A stretch of 42,209 bases of DNA, from assembly GCA_008632985.1 (NCBI GenBank), contig QPGO01000233.1, positions 62,001 through 104,209 on the forward strand. Direction: 5' to 3'. Positions 23,308 to 35,075 of the stretch are shown in pieces; within the stretch, counting starts at the first letter, position 1, and the number at the start of each line of letters is the position of its first letter. The translations under genes and the position numbers were made by a program. The notes below the pieces were generated by a model, which was not told where the DNA came from, made no database searches, and saw only the letters and a list, made by a program, of their open reading frames with translations. The stretch is from Psammoneis japonica. Lineage: Eukaryota.

Positions 23308-24168
23308 TTATTGAGATATGTCTGGCTTTTCTCGGAGCAAATAATAGATGAGATCAGTCTGCTCGCCTTTCAGTAAGAGAGTCCGTACCAGAACATGCGG
23401 CCACAATGCTTGTGATAAAGAAATGTCTCCAACATGTTTACGTCCCGCCATGTTTCCGATGAGCAAGTAGGCAATCTTTGCCGGCACTTGTTTCCAGAGG
23501 AAGATGTGTCGGAGCGTAGTGTTGCGCTACACCATGAGCTCAAAGGTAGTTTCCAGCGGTTCGGTTTTTCGAATTGGATTCAAATACAAATCCAGCGACA
23601 ACAGTGACTCGTTTTCTTCTAATCCCCGAGTCAGGGCCACAGCGCCCACATTTGTAATGTTGTTCTTGCGCAGTGAAAGGCTAGTCAGCGACTTGTTTGT
23701 CGTCAACGCCTCGCTCAAGGCAATGGCACCTTCATCTCCGATATCATTCCCGTTCAACACCAAACTCGTCAAAAGCGACTTCTGCGGTTGTTTTAGAGAT
23801 CGTGACAAGGACATGGCACCAACCGATGTGATTTGATTGTATGAAAGGATCAGGACCCGCAACATAACATTCGGCGTTTGAAGGACTTGCGCTAAGTGAC
23901 TGATATCCTCGTCAGTAATTTCATTTCGAGACAAGACCAGTCTAGCCAGCCGTGTATGAGGCAAAGCGTTCGCCAAGACACGTACTCCTCCGCCACCAGT
24001 TGTATTTCGACGAAGGTTCAAATCGCAAAGGGCAGTGTTGCCTTTGAGCGATCGTGCCAACCCCCCAACGCTCGAAGCATCAATGTACGTATTGTCCAAG
24101 TTCAGTTTTGATATGCGTTCATCGTTCTTCTCCAATCGATCACAATACGCGAACAAAAGAAGGCTCAT
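23308..24168 (-). pseudogene. RNI-like LRR protein with a premature TAG at 23527-23529
   Basis: LRRs such as LVLNGNDIGDEGAIALSEALTTNKSL. After the TAG the frame continues RNTTLRH...GNMAGR...LWPHVLVR...DLIYYLLREKP to TAA at 23308, the usual C-terminus of these diatom LRR proteins. Confidence 0.8.
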
Positions 24169-25499
24169 GGGATGTACTGTATATGTTTTAGCGACTGAGA
24201 GTAAGTGCTGCGGCGTCACCAGTTGAAAAATCGTCACTTTCTGCGTTCATCGTTTTCTGCAACTGAAACCGATACTGATGCTTTGAGTCTCTGCAAACCA
24301 AACCTACTCAGTGATAACTCTAGAGCCCTTCATGAGCCTTTCTAAGCAGCTGGAAGGATTGCAATTGGAACTCCGTTGTGTCACAAACGCAAGACGTGAT
24401 GCCCATGCCGACAGCAAAAAACGCAGCTATGGGTGAGTCGAATAAGTCGATTGCACTCAAACTTTCAAAACGGCATGTTGCACTTATGATGTGTCTCGAC
24501 ATTCAGAACATGGCAAACATCGTTGGGTCGACGTATCTTTCATGGGGGATCTTTTTCTACCGTTGTGTTATAAAGAGGTTGATACATTGGTTTGGTTTCC
24601 GGGGGGCTTCGGTTGCGACACACGGCATGATAAACAAACTGTTGCGTGCCTCGACTCCTCGTGACTCAACACTCAACTGCGCGGGACGTTTAACACGTAA
24701 CACTTGAATGGTCGACAACGCTGCGGCGGCAAGTTCTTTCTGTTTTTCTCATTTTATATCGTTTTCTTACTCACTAAAGATCATTGTTGCGTTTTGTTAC
24801 AGCTTGAAAGGTGGATGGATCGTCTCCTGCGGTCGATCATGGTGTCTGTTGTGTTGGCATGTTTTTCAAGTCGTTGGTGCCAAAGCGCATCCGTTTAGGA
24901 GCTTTGTGCTTCATCCCACTCTACATCCTTTGGTGAAGATGAGGCGGTGGCTCAAGCAGTCGAGGTCTCTTGCGCGTAGCGTGAGTCCCTGGTTTCGGCG
25001 TTTGATTTTCTTTGTTGTTCGCACTTCGGCACACGTCCTCTAACACGGCAAGGGAAATGAACGACGTTTTGGACCGGTGGTTCTTAATTCTTGCTATCGG
25101 TTCCTGCTCATATTCTCGTGTATTTGCTTCTGGCGGGCTTTTTCACTGTTCAAACGATTGTGGACGTGCTGAACGTAGGGGAGTTGGGCGGCGCGAGCTG
25201 CTGTCACGGTCGCTCCTTTTATCATCGCTTGCGGAATGGAAAGGCTAATTTCGACCGCTTTGAGCTTGCTAACGATTTATTTCAACTTCCGCAGTGACAC
25301 TTTCTTCCCACCATTCAACGTGATCTGGACACATTTCAACACGTTTTGCTAGTGTTGCATGTCCGAAGCGACAGCAGAACTGTCGAGAAGACCGTACAGC
25401 GGCATTTTCTTCAGCATCCTTGAGCAATGAAGCAGCAGATAATGTATATAGATGACTCATGGTTTGTCACTGTTCTTTATAGTGTTTGTTGACCCGTCG

Positions 25500-26800
25500 C
25501 GTTGGACAGGCAGAGCAACACCCAACTCAGGATTTGTCACTCCATGACTCAGATGATCCAGAATCTGCAACTTCAGAGACTCCAGAGGGAGCAGAGCTTG
25601 ATGAGCTCAGCAATGACAGTGACGATGAATTGCCCTTGTTGATCATCATGACTCACATGAAGATCTAGATGTTGGTTTTGATGAAGCAGAGCCTGTGCCA
25701 CCAGCTCCAAATGCTGCTGCTGCTCCCACTCGGACTTGCAATGACCACACTGTCAAGAAACCAGATTGCATCTTCATTGAGTCCATGAAGGCCAAAATCT
25801 GCACCCCACCCAACAAGTCACACTGGCTGCACATGAAAATTCCAAATGCTTTGTCAGGTCAGAGACATTGAACAAGCAGTTTTTGATGACACTGCATTGG
25901 GAAAGCATCACAAATGCCCTCAGATCAAAAGACTTGCGTGCTGTGATCAAAATCTTTGACAAAAATGCTGGTCAAGAATGTGGGCGATGCACTCAAAGAA
26001 ATCCAACTTGGGAAGAAGGAACAAGTGAGCCTGATTGCACAGCCCATCTCCACCAGGCTTGTGACATCAAAGTTGACTCCCTTGCCACCAAGATTGGATG
26101 AATGTGCTCCCACCCACTTGGGCCTTTGCCCTGATTGATTCATCCAAAAATGTGATGCCAATTTTTTGTCTGTGGAGACAAGGAGCAGCTGGAAGTCATT
26201 GATCATCTGATGCTTCAGCTCTGGTTGTAAATCAGACAGCAGCCCAGCTTGTGGTCATGCTGTCTCAAATTTTGGAGATCTCTGCCAAGCAAGTCAATCA
26301 TGTCACTGCTTTTGCACATGCTCCCATCAGCACGGATCCCAAATGGGGTGCCATGATGCCCAAAGAGTGGGGGTGCACTGGCGCATGTGTGCAAGGATGC
26401 TCCAAGCCTGACAAAGCACTGAAGCTCAAGAAGACCATTTGCAATCTCAAACAAGGACCGTGCAATTTTTTTCCTGCAGCTGAAATCAAAGCTTGAAGCT
26501 GGGCTTCAATCGCAAAAGGACGTGGGCTCATGCCTCTTTGTGTCTGACAAGGTCAGAGTGCATCAACAAGGAGGTCAAAAAGTTCAAAATCAGTGGTGGT
26601 GTGTCCTTCAAAAACTCAGATTCTGCTGCATTTTCTTTTGGGCATCCATGTCAATTGTGATGCCAACAATGGCTCAACCAAGCTGACCCAGTGTGCCTGG
26701 TGGCCAAGTGCGCCATTGATGCTCTCAATGCAGGTGATCTTCCAAAGGCCCCAACACCTGCACCAGCGGCTCTGTTGGTCTGCGTTGGTCAAGGATGCTG
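25500..26800 (+). mobile_element. Ty1/Copia (CoDi-like) reverse-transcriptase remnant 1
   Basis: WMNVLPPTWAF (26096), CGDK, KQVNHVTAFAHAPI and KALKLKKTICNLKQGPCNFF (consensus LKKSLYGLKQSPRNFF); many frameshifts. Confidence 0.85.
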
Positions 26801-27699
26801 ATGGAGACCCACAGAATGGAGCCCCCAGTTGTGCCAGTGTGGCTGGCATGCTCCAGTGGTGCCTCTGAGGCGCCCCAGGCCCCCAACGTTGTCACCTGTG
26901 CAGCTGCTGGCCCAGCAGCCAGGTTTGTTTTTGGCCCAAGCTGCTCACATGAGCTGGCCCTCATGAGGATCAGCAAACTCATCAGGGGCTCACTTGAGGA
27001 AGAAGGTTCAGCCCCCAAGCCATCTGGGGTCTTCAGCGCCAATTTTTTGTCAGTGCTGCTCAGAGTTTGCCGGGGCTGTGCCCTCACGAAGACAAGCAAG
27101 ACCAGGCTTGTGTCAAGAGTCAATCAGGACTTGTGGCCTGCATTTCAAACTGTCCTGTCATTGAGTCTGGCAAGCTTGCACTCAAGATTGCTCTCTCCAC
27201 CATGGAGGCAGAGTGCCGCCCCCTCCCCAGTTGTGCCAAAGCCGCCCTTCCCTCCCTTTCTCTGCACCACGCAAGCCACTTCTCAAGGTGCTGGAGCTGG
27301 TCTGGGAGCTGTCGAGACCACCAAGACTGCCTTGAGAGAGGGCAATGCTGGAGCTTTAATTTTGGCCAATGTGGAACCTGGACAAATTGCACCAAGGTTG
27401 TCCCAGCTCTGCTCTGTGGTTGGCAGCTTCTTTGTTCAAGAGGCAGTGTCATTGCAGTGCGAGCTCATGCATGCTCATGCACACAAAAATTTCGCGCTTG
27501 CACCAAATTGTTTTCCCATGGGAAAGTTGTGCTGGAACGCTTGCAGACAGGAACGGTCAGAAAGAAGATCAAGCAGTCTACGTGGTGCTGAGTGCATTGA
27601 AAGCAAACTGTTGGGTTGTTGTTGTTTGTTTGTCATCCCATTGTTTGCCAAGCAACCAGCCCTCTGGAGGCAGCAAGACAACCAAGCAAACACACCATC

Positions 27700-28830
27700 A
27701 TGGACGACGGCAAGCACAAGCACACGACCAGACTGGGGCGTCGCGCTTGGACTCCTCTGCTCTGGGATGTCTGTCTCACTCAGACTCTGCTCTGGGATGT
27801 CTTGCTTGGACTGGACAATGACTCACCCACACTGCTTTCTCACTCCATCTGATGACAGGATGTCAACCTGTTGGATGGATTGCTCTGAAAACACAGGAGG
27901 AAGTCGTCACTGATGCCATTCAGTTTGTGGAAGAAATCATCACCACCAATGATTGCTCAGACAAAGAACTTGCAGAGTTCTTTTCAGAGTGTTCTCAGCA
28001 CCATCATGGCTGCAACAAATGCCAGCAAGCATTCTGTTGAGCACACGTGGCATCCAAACAGTCCAACAATTTGGAACTTGCACAGGACATCCAAATGTGG
28101 TGTGAAAGCCACCCTGAATTCATGTCGTGGCACCAGGTGTGTCAAGGATCCTACACGGCGAACCAAGAGCTTCCCAAGTGGGACAATCATGAATCGGTGA
28201 AAGCAGATGGAGTGGTCAATCACAAGCCTGCGCCGTCCGTGGAATCATGGCTGCTCCTTCTCATCAAGCAAAGCCACACCTGGCTGGAGAACAAGAAAAA
28301 AGGATGGGAGGAAGGCCTTCCTCATTGTGGTGCACCAATCTCAGACTTTTTCAACAAGCATTGCATGACAGCTGGTTCCTTTGTCACACGGGAAGTGCGC
28401 TCCAGGATTGAGACGGCCCTCAAGAGCGCTCCGGAGCAAGAGGAGCTTGAATTTTGCGTCCCCAGTGACACCACTGCCAACAATGACCCCTCATCCCACA
28501 GTGCGGCCATGTTGCCTGCTGAGTCCCCCGCAGTTGTTCCCATTGCACAAGATTTGCGTGGACGAGGTTCAAGACATGAGTCAAGCTAAGATCGGTTTGC
28601 CATTTTTGGTGAGCACAAATCACCCTGATTTTCTTTTTCTGGCTGGTGACCCTGCTCAGGCTGTGGCCCAGGGTGTTGACTTTTGTTTCAAGGTGGTCCG
28701 TTCTGTCATTCACATGATTTTTGAAGGCAGGGAGAAGATTGAGCATTGGCAAAAACTCTGCCACAACTTTTGCAGCCATGAGGGGATGTCCTGAAAGTGG
28801 CCAATTCTGCACTGGGCTGTCTTCTCAAGG
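27700..28830 (+). pseudogene. UvrD-like SF1 helicase fragment (TRANK1/LBA1-like)
   Basis: ICVDEVQD (Walker B), FLAGDPAQAVAQGVDFCF, LCHNFCSHEG (consensus L..NYRSH.G); frameshifted. Confidence 0.7.
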
Positions 28831-29104
28831 CCTTTCCCACAGCAGCATTGAAGCTGGAGCATGATGCGGGACTTGTTCAGGGTGAGCTTTAAGTGTGCAT
28901 CAAACTGTTGCCTTTTGCCATTCTTGAAAGCAAGCATCACTTGTCCATCTGTTGGCTTGTTTTTCCTTGTTTTGTTTGAAAGGACTCCAGCCAGGACTGC
29001 TGACCAGTGACCACAAGGAGCTGCCCGAGCTTCTTTGCATTGCAGACACAAAAAAAGCAAAAAGAATGCTCTTCAAACCCTTGGACCACTTCAAACAGTG
29101 TTGA

Positions 29105-29190
29105 ATGTTGGCATCTGCTTGAGCCGCCCAGCAAGCTGTTGGCACCTGCTCAAGCCACCTGGCAAGCTGTTGGCATCTGTTTGAGCCACC
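29105..29190. repeat. About 31-bp tandem repeat, roughly 3 copies
   Basis: tgttggca(t/c)ctg...(g/a)agcc..c..gcaagc repeated. Confidence 0.7.
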
Positions 29191-29929
29191 TTGCATGATG
29201 CAGCGTGCACTTGAGCCGTCTTGTTTGAAATGGCATGAACTTGAGCTGCACCACATGATGTGACATTTTCCTGTGGAAACATGGACAAAAAATCAAAGGA
29301 AAACAAGAAGTTGAGAAAACTAAAAAATGCATTGAATCAACAGATTAAATCAAATGCTTTGGAGTGATGGGATCATCTTGCTGAGAATGTGAGAGAATGA
29401 AGAAACAAATTTCGGCTCCAGAGAATGTTTTCATTTGTTTTCATCATGAGCCAGTTTTTGGGTTGACAACAGCAGGTCCAATGGCATCAACACAAAATTG
29501 ACAATGCTCATTTTCAGCCATGATGACCATTGTTGCAGGTGCTTTGTGTTGGTGATGTTTGTGGTGGTGGGAGAAACTGGAAACTGGCTGTTTCCGTCCA
29601 CACACATGCTGCTCACTGCAATGCTGTGCAATCACCTGTGCTCCTGATGTGAGCACTGGTGCTAACTGTGATGCTGTGCAAGTGCCTGTGCTCCTGATGT
29701 GAGCACCGGTGCTGCACTGTGCCCCAACTGGGCTCTGTTTGTTTTGTGCTTTGCAGTGTGAATTTGAAATTTTTGACATTTTGGCCTTTTTCTGTTGTTT
29801 TCGCTTGACGTTTTGGCAAGCGTCCCGCAGTGCTGCAGCGTGCACATGTGTTTTCAAAATCACAACAATCAAAGCCAGACATCTCTGCAAAACACTGTTT
29901 TTAAAATCACAGACTCAAGTGGTGGATTG

Positions 29930-31180
29930 ACAGCATGTGGAGGATGGCATGGAAGATGCACTTGGTGGCGGAGCACAAGGTGATTCAAGTCATTTGAAGC
30001 ACAATGTGGTGATTCGATTGCAGCAACAAAGCCTTGCTCCTGCCCAAGAACTCACATGGGTGTTGCACCACCACTTCACATGCACGTCAAAAAAAGACTG
30101 CAGTTGGACATCATTCTCTGGAGGAGTGTCACTTCAGCATTGCAGCAACGGCAATCATTTGCAGCATTTTGGTCACTGCAAGTGTGGCAAAAGAAGACAG
30201 TGCTGTCTTTTTAACAGAAATGCCAGACAGATCTAGATTGCAACAAGATGATTGTGTGTGCAGAGTTCTTGCCGGTCAAACAGTCATGGCATTGCAGCAC
30301 AAGGACAAAAATGCATTGGAGCTGATCACACAGTTGCACAAAGACAGAAACAACAGAGGCTTCCTGAAGGACTGGCAACATTTTCATGCTTGAAATGGAC
30401 CTCTGCTTTCCCCAGTCATCACACCAAATGTGTCTGCAGACACTTGTCCAAGATGCCACATGGTGCCCTGCATGTGCGCACTGAGGAACCCTGCTGTTTG
30501 GACCTTCCCAAGCCTGTGTGCAACTGGGCTCAAACCATGAGTGGTGGTGATGCAGAGGAACTCCTCAACCAAGACACACCCAAGCCACTTGGCAGTTTGG
30601 TTGCCATGACTCATCATGTTGATGCAAACTTGTTCCATTGCATGCTTGCCAGTGGGTGTTTCATTGTGGGCATCATTCATTTCCTCAACAAGTTTCTGGC
30701 TGGCCAATGGTTGTTCTCCAAGAAATGAGCCACAGCCAAGACTGCAACACATGGATCTGAGTTTGTTGCTGCCAGGACCTGTGTTGAACAGATCATTGAT
30801 CTGCGCATCACTTTGCGTCACCTCAGTGTCCTGATCCATGACACCTGTCACATGTTCGGGGATGACAAGTCAGTTGTGGACAGTGCTGCCATCCTGCACT
30901 CCAAGCTGCACAAGCAACACACACCACCCTCTTGTTCCTTTGCATGTGCAAAGCCATTGCCTCCAGCTTCCTTGAGCTTCATTTCATTGAAGGCTCGCAC
31001 AACCCAGCTGATGTCCTCAGCAAGCAGTGGGGTTGCCCCCAGATCTGGAGCCTCCTCTGCCCCCCCCCCCCCCCCCTCATGTTTTGGAACTTTGATCCCA
31101 AGGCCTTTGTCCAATGTCCAATCTGATGTCAAATCTGTCACTGCAGACTCTTCAAGCAAGAAACTGGGGAGTGACAGGAT
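29930..31180 (+). mobile_element. Ty1/Copia (CoDi-like) RT-RNase H remnant 2 with 3' polypurine tract
   Basis: HVRTEEP, PKPLG..V.MTHHVDANLFHCML, FSKK*ATAKTATHGSEFVAARTCVEQIIDLRITLRHL, MFGDDKSVVDSA, HSKLHKQH, NPADVLSKQWG. GGGGAGTGACA at about 31166. Confidence 0.9.
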
Positions 31181-31299
31181 TTGACCAAGACTTCAGCTTG
31201 TGCACATGATTCTGTGTGCTCTTGGTTCCATGCGTGGTGTGCAATGCAGTTTGCTTTGAAGCCACTCAGCTCACAAGAACAACAACAGCAGTGCTGACA

Positions 31300-32540
31300 T
31301 CATGCCACACATCTTTCAGCTCCTGCAGTGGTCTTTGCATGGAGACTCATCTGCCATTTAGACTGCCGCAAGGAGCCATTGTTTTCTTCCATCCATTTCC
31401 TCCTCAATTGCTGTCAAACTGTTTTGAGCGAGTCAAAAAGATTGGCCCCAACCAATCAAAAAAGTTGGTTTCTGGCTCTGCAGGAAATGGGGATTGTGCA
31501 GTGGCAAAAAATGGACAGAAATCCTGCAGCTGGGAAAGCCAAGTGTGCTGCTGTTGGGGACAATGTGACCTGGGGCACAGTGCTGCAAGATCAACCTTGC
31601 AATGCCCAACAACAGCTCTTGAAGTCTTGCCCTGGGCCCATGAGAGCTGTGTCCTCAGCTTGCAGCCATCAGCTTGGCCAGCGCCACAATGGCACACTTT
31701 TGGAATGAAATGACTTGGAAATTAAAGTTTGTTGTTGCTTCATTTTGTCAACAAGCACAAAATTGTTCTGGAGCACTTGTTGAGAACACAGGATTCTTGT
31801 TGTCAAGCACAGATCAGCTCTGAACAAGAACAACAAAATTTTCCAGACAATGAAGACATTGGGGGACAGAGCAACCAACCAAGCAAACTCTGGAGTGAGG
31901 CAAAAGAAAACAGGGATGGCAATGCTGGTTTGCAGCTGCCACAACTTTGCAAAGTTGACAAAGTCACAAATGACAACAAAGTTGACAATGTTGCCAAAAT
32001 TGCCAAACTTGACAAAGTCGCCCAAATCAGCACAGTTGCCAAAGTCAGCAAACTTGACAAAATTGCCAAACTTGACAAAGTTGTGCCTGCAAAAGGTTTT
32101 CTCTCTTCTGCACATGAGACAAAGTGCTTGATGATTCACACTTGGGCGAATGTTGGCTCAAATGTTGACACAAAAATGTCTGCAATTGCTTCATTCTTGT
32201 CAACACACACAAAACCAATCCCCCATTCCTTGTTGGCACAAGGAATGCATGCATTGCAGATCCAAACATGGGTGGAGCATTTTGACTGTGCCCAGTTTTG
32301 CATTGTTGGTTTGGATGAAATGTCCAGCAATCCCTCCACAGCACTTTGGAACGGGTCTTGGATCATTTGGACAATCCTCCTCGTGTTGTTGACACTCCCC
32401 CAACTTTGGCCCAAACAATCAATGGGACTGTGGTTTGGATGCCATTGTTGACCAGGACACACTGGCTCTTTTGGCCTGGTTTTGTGAGTGGCGCAATGAG
32501 ATTCTCCAATTTTTGTCGAGCTTGTTGCAAATGTTTTGTG
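31300..32540 (+). pseudogene. Sulfotransferase-domain gene remnant with an internal low-complexity insert
   Basis: PMRAVSSACSH (cf. P..RAYSAY.H), SLLAQGMHALQIQTWVEHFD.AQF.IV..DEM..NP, ERVLDHL, WFCEWRNE.L. Confidence 0.55.
31950..32085. repeat. 9/18-bp period tandem repeat (aaa-ntt-gmc; KVDK/KIAK/KLDK)
   Basis: aaagttgacaaagtc...aaaattgccaaacttgacaaagt repeated. Confidence 0.75.
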
Positions 32541-32829
32541 CCTTTAGAATGGCGATTGTCACCCCAGCGTTGTGCAACTCTGTGCAGGAGGATCACAACA
32601 GCCAAATCAGTTGCTTTGTCATTGGCTCTCCACTGAAGCCAACTTCCACAACTCTGCTGGAGACACACCTCAAGAACAATGAGGAGCAGCTTTTGTTTGT
32701 TGGTTTTTGAAAGCGGCACTTCTGGCAAGTTACTTCGAAGTAGAAGAGATTGTGAGTTGAAAAAACGCTGTGTTATGATGTGCCGCATGCAAAGTAGAAG
32801 CATTCTGTCACACACACCAACTGGAGTGT

Positions 32830-34600
32830 TTTGTGTTAGAGATGACTCAACGGAAAGGAATCGCCGGAATCACTGAACAATGCACATTTCCCACGACCCC
32901 AAATGTCGAACATACGAAGTGTACACACAGCAATTACACAGACTCATGTCACAGTCTCTCCAGTCTTGAACATTGCATGCTTTTCGGTTCGACAGCGGTT
33001 TTGCCAAAAACGTTGACAAAAATGAACCATGACGGCAAACCTGTCCCCTGCGTCTCTGACTCTCTTGTGGCATCGCTGAAACAAGCTCACTTTCTTTGAT
33101 TCGCATTGAACGACACCTTTGAAAGCTTTTACGATGACCATGACAAGCATGGTTGCGCACTCTGATGCTGCTTGCCACAAACAAGACCCGGACGCCCATC
33201 CCGAGGTCAACCTTGCCGAAGAGCAAGGCTTTGTCTCGCTTGGACGAGACAAAAAGGAGGTGAGTTGACTGCGCATTGTGTTTCAGTCGTGCAGTTTACT
33301 GCAATCGCTTTCGTGACTTGCTCTCTCTCTGTCGCTCTCTCTTCTGTTGTGCTGTCGCTGCATCTGGTTTCTTCTCATTGTCTCACCATTTCGGTTTCAT
33401 TTGATCTACAACGACTGCAGGCTCTCGAGTCATGTCTCACTTGTTTCAACAACGAGTGGACTCTCGATGAACGCTTTGACGGGCTCTGTGGGCTGGAGAT
33501 TCTTGAAATCGAGGCCATGGAGAAAGGTCAAGCCGCACCTCTGAATCTCCAAGAGAAAGAGGAGGGAGCACGCCCTGTCTCCTGGGGTGGCGACGAGCAG
33601 AAAGTTCTCGAGCACTCTCCTGTGAAAAATGTGAGTTGATCATTCAGCGCATTGCCTTTGAGTCTCACGGCTTTGCTGTGATTAGATTGTCCTCATCTCA
33701 CTGTCGCTTCCATCGAATTGCCTTTCCGCAGGTTCTCGCATCATGCATCCCAGGTGATGGGCCCTTTGCGCCAGAGATTCTTGAATGCGAGAACAACGAG
33801 ACTGCTCAAGCGCATGCTCCAAAGAAAATGAAGCGACCCAGTTTTGATGACGGCTGGGGAGAGCCAGAAGTGCTCGAGCATTCTCCTCTCAAAAATGCAA
33901 GTCATTCATTCGACATGTTGTTTGCCAGCATGCCATGTGTTTGGGGACTTGTTGTCTCATCGTCGTTCGAATTTATGTGTGTTTTCCTGCAGGTCCTCGT
34001 GTCATGCGTCCCTGCTTTGGCTGCTGAATTTTCTGCACTCAACCGGCGTAATGCAACTGTGTCGGAACGCGAGGACAAGGAGACAGCTCAGGCGGACATG
34101 CCAATTCTCCAGAAGAAAGAGAAGCAACCCAGTTTCAACGACGGCTGGGGAGAGCCAGAAGTGCTCGAGCATTCTCCTCTCAAAAATGCAAGTCATTCAT
34201 TTGGCATGTCATCTACAGCATGAAAGTTTCAGATTGTTTGCTGTCATTCAGGCTTGTTGTCTCACCCTTGTTTCAATCTTTTTGTCTTTTCTACAGGTCC
34301 TCGCATCTTGCGTCCCTGCTTTGGCCGCTGAATTTTCTGCACTCAACCGGCGCAGTGCGACTGTGCCAGAACGCAAGGACAAAGAGACGGCTGAAGCAGA
34401 CACGCCGATTCTTCAGAAGGAGGAAAAGCAATCCAGTTTTGATGGCTGGGGAGAGCCAGAAGTGCTCGAGCATTCTCCTCTCAAAAATGTAAGTCATTCA
34501 TTCGGCATGTCATCTACAGCATGAAAGTTTCAGATTTTTTGCTGAGTTTGGGGAGTTCTCATTGTCATTTCAATCCATGTGTTTTCCCCTGCAGGTCCTC
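32830..34600 (+). pseudogene. Copy 2 of the exon-module gene (phase-0 exons 33421-33630, 33732-33896, 33993-34187, 34297-34488)
   Basis: All four exon lengths are multiples of 3. Acceptors are YAG after pyrimidine tracts. Donors GTGAGT (33260, 33631), GCAAGT (33897, 34188), GTAAGT (34489). Exon peptide VLAS.VPALAAEFSALNRR...DGWGEPEVLEHSPLKN. Confidence 0.82.
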
Positions 34601-34814
34601 CCGATCTTGCCTTGGGCAGTGGCTCCCAAAAGGGCACGAGTGAGTGACGAGGCATCCTTGCCAAGATGGTTGTCGTTCCCTTTCTTGAAAAAGGTCAGAT
34701 CCAGCAGTTGCTTGTTTGCAGGATGCTCGTCCAGGTTGTCATTCTTGAGAGCACAGACACTGGTGCCCAATGCACATTTCTCAAATGCCAAACAGATGTT
34801 GCTGGTCTTGAGTG

Positions 34815-35075
34815 CACGCATCTGATGGTCTGATGTGAGCACCTTGTGGAATGAAATGCACTCCACTGAGCTCTTGCCAGCCTCTGCCATGACTTGGCAA
34901 AACAACTGTGCAGATTCATGGGGAGCGGATCTGCCCCTTTGCGAATGATGCACGCATCTGATGGTGTCTGATGTGAGCACCTTGTGGAATGAAATGCACT
35001 CCACTGAGCTCTTGCCAGCCTCTGCCATGACTTGGCAAAACAACTGCAGATTCATGGGGAGTGGATCTGCCCCTT
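34815..35075. repeat. About 136-bp tandem duplication
   Basis: cacgcatctgatgg...gattcatggggag.ggatctgcccc at 34815 and 34951. Confidence 0.9.

Noticed and set aside
18542..23529. TAG reassigned to a sense codon (alternative genetic code)
   Set aside because: An intact gene in the window ends with TAG (8446), and the same tract also has TGA stops and frameshifts; pseudogenisation is simpler.
24320..25300. Degenerate coding-like sequence on the minus strand
   Set aside because: Multiple stops and no recognisable motif, so it cannot be assigned.
26795..27913. 372-aa ORF and the many other Cys/His-rich ORFs in TpA-depleted DNA as real metal-binding proteins
   Set aside because: Their length and composition follow from loss of TAA/TAG/TAY codons, and no coherent domain is visible.
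31059..31078. Poly-C run as a regulatory or G-quadruplex element
   Set aside because: It lies within the decayed Copia RNase H tail and is best explained as homopolymer expansion.
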